From: Phoronis australis
Lineage: Eukaryota; Animalia; Phoronida
Direction: 5' to 3'
DNA length: 64,000 nt
NCBI GenBank assembly: GCA_002633005.1
Contig: NMRA01000130.1
Location: 248,001-312,000 of the forward strand
Shown: one piece after another, positions 55,160 through 64,000 of the stretch
Layout: the number at the start of each line of letters is the position of its first letter
Position numbering within the stretch: the stretch's first letter is position 1
The notes under the pieces: model-generated
What the model was told of the DNA's origin: nothing
What the model saw: the letters and a program-made list of their open reading frames with translations, nothing else
Databases searched by the model: none
Program-made: the position numbers and the translations under genes

Positions 55160-55356
55160 GATTACTGTAGAAATTTCTTCTCATAATCCAGGAAATTTAC
55201 CTTAAACAGCAGAAGTTTTCTGAAGCCGATGTTGACAGTTTCCTTCCTCAGCTTGACACCAAGGACACTGAGGAAGGAAGCAGTCAAAATTGGCTTCTGA
55301 AAATTTCTGCCATTTAAGGTAAATTTGCTGGATTATAAGAGATTTCTACAGTAATC
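55160..55356. repeat. Long imperfect palindrome (fold-back, about 197 bp)
   Basis: gattactgtagaaat...aaatttaccttaaa...ttccttcctcag / ctgaggaaggaa...tttaaggtaaattt...atttctacagtaatc. Confidence 0.88.
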
Positions 55357-55723
55357 AAAATAAAGCTCGTTTCAGAGAAGGGGTAGTGCTAAATAAACAA
55401 ACAAGCAGTGTTTAAAAACGAAAATGTATCAAGATTCTAGACATAATTCTACAAATTTATCCCAGAGGTGGACAATATGACAGACAGGAATTTATGCAAA
55501 CAAAAACTCTAAAATGTAGCACACAGAGCCCTACTTAAAAAGTAAGTTCAATAGTTAACTCACAGTGGATTTCGGCCCGTCCAAAATAATCCACTTTTTC
55601 AAAGAAAGGTTTTACTCCTGTTTTGTGTATTGGCACGGCTTGCCACCTATTTCAAATACAGGATTGATTAGGCTGATCACCGGGTTTTCTCTAAGGTTCC
55701 AGGTGAGCTCATTTCCTGTTTGG

Positions 55724-55747
55724 TGAACTGTGACCTTTGTCAGGTCA
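55724..55747. promoter_or_regulatory. Composite nuclear-receptor element: perfect DR1 (minus AGGTCA-c-AGTTCA) plus an everted third half-site (ER5)
   Basis: TGAACT g TGACCT ttgtc AGGTCA: three perfect RGKTCA half-sites in 24 bp. Confidence 0.45.
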
Positions 55748-56825
55748 AATTTGGCAAGTTGATGTTATGCTAAGCATCAAGCCCCGTCTATTACGATGTG
55801 TTTTGCATAAGCTGGTTGTTATTTACAACATGCGCCTTTTGTCTATTTTTAATGCTTTGAACTAGTAAGTAGAGTTAAACTGAATACCGTGCTTTCAACG
55901 TCTGGTACATTGTAATTAATAAGTCAAGTTTAACTGACCATTTTATAAAATTGCTCCTCGTTAAATGTTGCACATATGGGTACCCGTGTCTAATTGCACA
56001 CATCGGCGCAGTCTGACACGTAAGAACCTAGCTGGGTCGCACTTTTGCAATGTGCATCTGTCACCAAATAAGTAAAAAACGGATAAAATTTCTACAACTT
56101 GTAGCTCAATGCACAGCTTTTAAAAATGGAAACCGTTTTAAGTATTCATAAAAATTCAAGGACATAACGCGGCAGTAGTCAGATATAACGTGCCCATATT
56201 TTGAGAACTAGTTTGATGACCGTTATTCAGTGGAGAAAAATGGCTCAAAATTCGGGTACGTTATATCCAACCATTACCCATAACAAAGCAGACAAGTCAA
56301 GTTTTACCCTCTCATTTTATCATAAAAATAACATCAAACCTCTTATTTTCCCATTTCCAACCTCTATACCATAGCTACTGAATAGCCAAAACATTTTGAA
56401 AATTTGTCAGCATTCACAACAATGCTTGAAGTTGGCAAGATTTTACCGTAGATGCAGAATTAATAGAACAATTTAAAACGTCTAAAAGAACAAGACAGTG
56501 GGCAAACCTTCTGACAATTTCATCAGCAGGGCTAAAAAACAATCTCTCAGAGTGAAAGTCTGCAAAATACATTAAACTGTTTTCCAAGAATTGCTTTTAT
56601 TGTTGTTTATTTTGAGTACCGAAATTGATGAAAAATGATCAAGAAATGTTACAACCTCTATTTTTTCAATTTAAAATTTCAACTTACATTCCACTGTAGG
56701 GATAATTTAAGGAGCGTGTCCTGTGTCATTGACGCAAAAATAATTTCTTTGACGCAGGGTGATTGCTTAGCTCGGGTCAACAGGTCCATTAAAATTGGTA
56801 GCGAAAATAGACAAAAAACTAACAT

Positions 56826-56918
56826 GGCCCATAGGTTCTCCAAATTGGCCCATAGGTAACCCAAATTGGCCCATAGGCCCTCCAAATTGGCCCATAGGTC
56901 CTCCAAACTGGCCCATAG
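56826..56918. repeat. 21-bp minisatellite (CCAAATTGGCCCATAGGnnnn), about 4.5 copies
   Basis: Directly visible tandem units. Confidence 0.92.
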
Positions 56919-59900
56919 ACTTGAGGCCGTGAGTCAATTCATTCATACATGTTTAGCTCCTCCTTGTCATTACAGGGTTAGCAAAAGAAAAGGGGCAAAG
57001 TGACCCTGGTTTGGTCATGTTGCTATAAACAAATAGGTTTTCAAACAAGAAGACTAAAAATTGGTTCTATTTGTTTTAAATGTATTTCAAACCTATGAAA
57101 AGATTTTAAGTTCTTAGTTTAGGTTTCAGTTTCAAAAATTAGAATCTCTAACCCAGGCTTCAACTACTTTGAATTTACACCTAATTTCAACTTCTACCTA
57201 CAGAGATTTTAATGTAAGAGAACAAATGACCGAACTTGAAATTCGTAGTTATTTTATGTGCCACAATCTATATGATCACCACTCCTAGGTGGAAAGTTGT
57301 GGCTTCATGACCAAACACCAGATGGCGCAACTAGTTGGAGGCTAGGGTCTTAAAAGTCGGTTACATGATACAGAGATGACATTTAAGACTCATTATACAG
57401 CTCAAAAAACCACAGTTATTTTTCTGCTTCTTTGCCGCGGGCTCAGTGGCTACCACTGTGTGCATAGTGTGCAGTTTGTCAAAGCTAAAAGACAATTTGA
57501 GCTGGCACTGAAACCATAGAACTAGAGAGATAACTGAGATACAATCTGCCTGTACAAGATATGCAACTGATCCCGGGAGCTAGGATGACGCATCCTTCAA
57601 AGCAGGCACCAAATTCACACCAGTTAGTGCGCCATTTTTTTCCGTTGACATAGCTGTTTATTTTATCTGCAATTCAATGCTGTTGTTTTTCTTTCAAGAC
57701 ACATTTTGATTGATTATAAATTTAGATGCCACACTCATCTGCCACTGTTACGGACAGTTTTTTCCTCTGATATAATGAACTTCGCAATACCCTGAATATG
57801 AATTTATGACATGACGAGGACAAAATCTATGACTGAAATTTAAATCGACATTTTACAACCAACAGGATCTCAACCAGATTGGGCTGCCGGCAGTGGGGAC
57901 AACTGGAACACCATCGGCAGGAGAGGATCTTCTGGACTCTGCCACCTCATACTTCAAAACGATAGTGACAGAATCCACATACTACATTCCTGTTAAAAAT
58001 TAGTATGTAAACATCAGAAATCAAATGCATTATGCACATAATATCTATGGGAATTAGCTTCAGCCATGAATACAAGACTAGCCTCAGGTCGTTCAGCCAA
58101 AAGTACAGATCTGAGGCACACTCAGGAATTCAACATAGTTATCTAGCTAAGGAGACAGCAATTAGTTGCACAATTAGGGTTATTAATTATACCATAGGGG
58201 TTTCAGATTTCTTAATATTTTAAGTGTCTACGGCTCATTAGTCCAATAATGTGTTACTATGGTATTGCCTATAGATCACCTGTAGAACCAGGTATACCAT
58301 TGAAATTAAAGATGAGAAATGCGCAAATATGGACCAGTTTCACCTGAGGTAAACTACATGTCCCACAATGCAATTGACTTCATGATTTTAAATCACACAC
58401 TGTGAAGTAAAGTCACAAAACATTGGTATCGTACCTTCTGAGTGTTGAATGTTCAATTCCTCGGAATTGCTTAAAAACCTTGCCCTTGAAACTAATACCA
58501 CAACTGACAAGGAATGACACGAGATTCGATTGTTGAGAAGGGTCAAACTATGAGTTGATTTTAGCAAATCAGTATAGCTCATTTAGTTCTTTTACTGGCC
58601 CTTGGGGACCATGACAACAACTGGCAGCATAATACTGCATGTTAGATGCCAACGCACAGTAAAGCCTTGGGCAACATAAATATTAGCAAAGCAATAGTTT
58701 GCTTAGAGTACCTGGAGTAAATCTCCAGTTGAAACAGGATCCAGCCACTGTAACAGCTGACAAAATCAACCATGAATTTAAGATTTATACACAAATGCAA
58801 CGACAGGGCAAAACCGAACTACCCTGAGCTGAACTTGAGAGCCACCTTGAGCCAGTATTTCTCAAATGACATGAAATAGTGATAGGCAATGAGTTCATAA
58901 TTCATCACATACCAAGGCTTCAAAACCACAGATTTCCAGGGAGGGTTTTTAAAACAGCCATGTAAAGCTGAAAACAAGAAAAACTCATCTGTCCTTATAT
59001 TGAAAATCAGATGTCAAAAACTGACTGAACACTTCAAAAAAAAACTAATGACCCTAAACGACATATGTTAATGTTTCAGCTAAAAAATGCATTGAATGGC
59101 CCAACTGTCTTGGCTAGGCTTGGCTCAGGTCATTACCCCTCCCCAGTCAATGAGGAGCTAAGTCTCCTAGGTTCACTGGGCACTTAAACGAGGACAAACG
59201 TGAAACTAGGGCAAGTTCACACACATGCGACAACTTACGCAACTTCTTGCAAGTCGCGCCCGATCAACGTGTATGGGTACGGAGTAATTATCAGATATGC
59301 GCTTGTGCACGTGAAATGATCCATGTGATGAATCGCTGCCTTTTGCCCCATTTGCAAACCTCACACGAAATACCTTTTTCTCTTTCATCCTCATTCACAA
59401 TACAACTAAAACAAAATGAAAGCGCTCCGAGGAGCGAAACTTGGCGAAACTAACCAAAAATCCACGTTAGAGATGACGAGAAAAGATGATGAGGAAGATG
59501 ACAGCTATGACGACGATGGTGGCGATGGACAAAGCGAGTTATGATATCATTCATATGATGAACGTAGAGGTCAGAAATCACTAAGAAATATGCTACAGTC
59601 TTGAGCGACACTTGGCGAAATTAACTGAAGAAAAGACGACGTCGGAGATGATGATGAAGATGACGAAAACTAAAACAAAATAACTGAAACTTGAGGGAAG
59701 TATCAATCGCAAACTCTCATTTCCTTGAACTCCCGCCACTTTGCAGTTGTGCACGTGGTAAAACTAAATCTACTAGAATGGCATACACAAAGTAATATCT
59801 ACCCTCCTCCCCTTCCCTGGTCACACTTGTGGGATTGACCTCCGGATACTCGCCTGTTTGGACGCAAATTGTCCCAGGTGCAACATGCGCTAATATTAAA

Positions 59901-62865
59901 GGTGTATTTTGCTGTCGAGCAAGCTAAAAAACAACACTCAAGTTTGGCCACAAAATAGCTCGTGTAATATTCCTTAACTCACTATGATAGAATTTCATTT
60001 AGGTTAACAACACAAGTCATTGTCGATGTGTACATGCATCATTTTCAAATTCGCAAATTTTAGGGTCGGCCAATCTAAACAAACTCTGAATCATTTTCTT
60101 TACTCATCCATGGTTTGATGTTCTTATTGGAAACATAAACAGCATTCTACCACATTAAGGAACATATGAGATAGATTTTATGATCGTTATCAATTTTCGT
60201 TTTTAGCCGTCTACACAGGGCAAAATGCAGCCTATTAAAGTGCCTGTCTGGACAGAGCTAAGTCACATAACTGCATTTTGTTCCACTAAGTTGAGTTCCG
60301 TAGATGCGAGAAACTTGCAAAAAAAATCAAGACCAAACAAGATCATACGAAATCACGCGAGTGAAAGGTAAGCAATTCGCAGGTGTGCCTTGGACCTTGC
60401 TAGCGGAACCGATCAAAATGGAGGCCATTGAAGTGATTGGTTGGAGCGGCTGTAATGATACATTGTGGGACAAAATTTAGAGTGTCTGTTCTATAGGTGA
60501 AGATTTCATATTACAAGTGCTTTGTGGGTGCTACACCCCTGCCGAATTGCATTGCCAGTAAAAACAGACTAAGCAGAAAACATTTCTGAGAATTTTTTGT
60601 ATTCTTCACTGCTTGTTGTTTACCAATTGACCTGACACAATGACCTTTATCTAGGCCAAGGTTGAGCACTTCCTGGTATTAGCAGTAATTATCATTAAAC
60701 AAGACAAATGACCTCATTTGGAACAATGGCTACTGTAAACAGTTTTGTGCTTACAACAGGGAGAGAAAATTTTGCCCCTCGAAAGAGAAAATGTGCCCCT
60801 TCAGAAGGCACAAGCATGTTTCGTCAAGACAAGTGAGGGCCTTGAGAAGACCCAAGCCCCTTTAAGAAGGGGTCAGAAGCGTTCAGCTTCTCACAACAAC
60901 TCTTGGTAAGAAAAGCTTATGTACCAAAACCCACAAGAGGCAGGTCATCAAAAGAAGACAAACTCAATAAAAAGTTAATTTAAAACTTCCTGATTTCTTA
61001 AATCAGTAAGTTGTATGCTCAACAGTGTCCTGGTTTTCCCCACCTAGAGTGTGTGGGTCGACACAGCCTGAATCACAGGTGTTGTGTTGACAACACACAC
61101 AGAGAAATAATGGGAAATCAGTTTTTAGGCTACCGGAACAAACTTTGCCAACACCCGGCTGACGGATTCGATAAATTCAGTTCACCGATTCACAAACGCT
61201 GATTATCGATCGCCAAACACGGCTCGTGAACCACCAAACACACTCAAAAAACATGGTCATTACCCAACCCACCCCTCAAAAAAATTTTGGCCAGACTCAC
61301 AAACACTGGGCTCCCTGACTCCATGTCCGTGTGCAGTATTGGGCATTCAGCAAGTCGTGCTAGTGAGCCAGGCCACAGTTTATTTGGGTGCACAAGCCGT
61401 GTTTTGCAAATCCAGTACTAGTCAAAGAACCATGCTTGTGAGTCGCTGAATAGAGTTTATTGCCGGTTCCCTAAAACATGTTAATAAATGAAGGAACTAT
61501 GTTTATGTATGCGACAGCTGTGTTGTTCTGGTAGCCTGGGTTTTTACATGGCATGAATCAATTAATGAAGTACAAGATCAAGACATGACAAATTACTGCT
61601 GCGACCAGGCTACGTGATTCTTGTCTTAATTAAAAACAAATCAGTTCCCACAACTGAATTGTAATTTGTTGCACGATTATTATACAACTCAAGTCACAGG
61701 TGCCATTTTTGAATTTGAAATTGGTCAAGAACTCCATAATCGTGAGTTCAAAAATGGCACATGCGCTCATGGAGACACTTCCGACGACTTGAGTTTATAA
61801 CGGAAATGGAATCCTATCACGAAAAGGAACACTATTACAAGACCAATTTTATGACAGTAAAAGACCTAATTCGATTTTAAAATTTTTTAGTCAGCTAAAC
61901 AGAGCAAAATGCAGCTTTCAATTAAGACCACAATAGGGAAGGAAATGACTTTTATTTTTTAACTCTTAATTTCAATTCCAGGTTTCATGAAGTTCAATTC
62001 GACTGCAACACTGGTATGGACTAAATTTCCAATGCAGGGCTTGATTTGGCGACCTGTAGCTCGCCTACGCGACTTCAGATTGTGTTTGACAACCAAGTAT
62101 AAATCCCACATCGAGTAGCAAATGAAGTAAGTCAATAATTTACCCTCAGTTTGCTTCAAAATTTTAGGCGACTTTCAAACTTTAAATTAATAGCATATTG
62201 CCTAGATACAATACCTTTGGTATTATCCTGTTGAACAGTTAGCTGTAATTTTCAATTAGCTGTAAATTTACCAACATAAGCTAGACATAAAAGCAACGAG
62301 TCGACTGAACTGACAAAGTAAGGGTAAGACAACTACCAGAGAACTTAGAAATGTTAATTGGCAGACAGTCCCTCTACTAAATACTGACAGTGAAATTACA
62401 AATCTAACTGGAGCTACTCTTTAACTCAAACCATCAACCATTAGTGGAGTATCATCTTGCAAGTCAGTGACCTAGACCAAGTCTCAATGCAGACAGGTGT
62501 CTCCCCGTTTGCGCTGCCACCCTGGGTGTGGCTGGGTAACCCCTCTCCCCCACAATCATTCAGACGTATCCAATTGGTCCCGAGTATACTGAAAGTGATG
62601 GTGTTCAACTAACAAAGTGACAGAATAATTTTGTTAGTGAATGAAGAAGCTTATCAGAAAGAAATAATTATTGCAATTGCTAAAGTATTTGTTCGAGTTG
62701 GAAAGATTTGATATCGCCAGCCTCCCAGAGGTGTCCCACTATGTCTGAAAGATTTTGCTGCGGTGAGGCCCAAATCTCCGACGTACAGAGCCAAAAAGGA
62801 TGGGTGGGCATTCGTGAGTCTTCTAGTCTTAGCATTGAGGTCATCATTGGACTTTTACAGCAGGT

Positions 62866-62969
62866 ACTATGTGCACAGTCAATGAGACTCCCTGACCTCC
62901 ACTTGTGTCTTGGACAGCCACTATGTGCACAGTCAAGGAGTCTCCCTGACCTCCACTTGTGTCTTGGAC
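62866..62969. repeat. Tandem duplication, 2 copies with a 54-bp period
   Basis: actatgtgcacagtcaa...ctccctgacctccacttgtgtcttggaca appears twice. Confidence 0.9.
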
Positions 62970-64000
62970 AATGTGGGAGGATTGTATATTTTATGTCTGG
63001 CTAGGCCTCAATGGTGGTTGTGCAACATGCAGGTTGAGGGACTCAACAACCTTTGACCTAGAAGTTATTGACACTGGTCTGGGATGTCCAACTGAATGGA
63101 ACATTTATGTTAGGGGGACAAAAGAACAGGGAATTTAAAGTCCAGAGTCTCACACTTAACTTTCCGTTTTATGTGCAGGCAGAGAAATGCATCATATGAT
63201 TGACCAAAATTTCGAAAAGTAGAGCCGTGCTATCTTCCGAGTCCAGTCACACTTGAAAGCGGTAAATGATTCAACACGCATCACAAACGTTTTCAAATTT
63301 TTTTCGTGTCTTCATTGCAACTCGTTATACACAACAGTAAAACATAATTGGTATCAAAATCGTACAAACAGCACTGTTCATTCTCAATCGTAGAGTGAGC
63401 TTGGCAGTGGTGTTCAACTGCCGGCCACGGCGTCCTACAAACGTGTAGCATTGTGGGTAAATACAGAAGAATCACAGACGGCGTTGTGATACTACGAGAA
63501 GTGGATACTTAAATTATTAAGAAAATTAAATTATTATAGAGAAAATACTGAAAACATTAGATGTAGGCCTCATGCGAAGTGCAGGCAAAGTGGTCGTTGA
63601 ATACATCTGTCTGTTATTAAGTTAAAAGGGTTATACACTTACCACTCAAAAATCATAAAAATGGCCACTAAGTGGTATGGAATAAGTCAAATCTAACACA
63701 AAAGAAAAAGGTACTGTCATCTTCGTAACAGAAACATGTTTGACAAAACCACAACTAGGGACCACCAGAGCACTTAAACCCAACCGAAAATCAATTTTAG
63801 CTACGGTCTTCCCAACAGGAACACATCGTACAATTTTCATAAAGATCCTTCAGGTTTTTTGGCAGACAGAGAGGCGGAAGCCAAAAAAGGACTAATAATC
63901 TTTTAAAAAGGCCACTAGGTGGCGCAGAATGGGTCAAATCCATCCAAAAATGGCAAGGCACAGTCGTCTCCTTAATAGAAAACTATTTTCAAAACTCCAT

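Noticed and set aside
59400-59690. GAT/GAC-rich acidic coding-like stretch
   Set aside because: A short degenerate duplication interrupted by stops, with no splice support.

Overview
AT-rich animal genomic DNA, probably a mollusc or other lophotrochozoan (inferred from the protein sequence only). It carries one multi-exon gene on the minus strand: a retinoic acid receptor (RAR, NR1B). I rebuilt nine coding exons by hand from splice sites and reading phase: complement(join(3780..3880,8289..8447,9786..9990,11468..11926,15254..15456,15672..15813,18625..18791,27025..27213,30221..30266)) = 1671 nt, 556 aa. A probable 5'-UTR exon lies at 31796..31885. The ORF track does not report four of these coding exons in the correct frame. 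The main unexplained signal is a 446-codon stop-free frame (5335..6672, minus) in the last intron. It has in-phase acceptors and its own AATAAA, so it looks like an alternative terminal exon that replaces helix 11/12 (AF-2) with a tail of about 410-435 aa, as in vertebrate TRalpha2. Other candidates: an alternative first coding exon (19242..19515), an in-frame alternative hinge donor, an 8-aa xLDTPxxx repeat insertion before helix 3, molluscan-type ligand-pocket substitutions, a uORF formed across a splice junction, and RARE-like elements that suggest autoregulation. Positions 32-64 kb are non-coding (5' introns or upstream DNA) with MITEs, SINE-like and Penelope fragments and tandem repeats. 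All isoform calls are predictions from sequence, with no transcript evidence.
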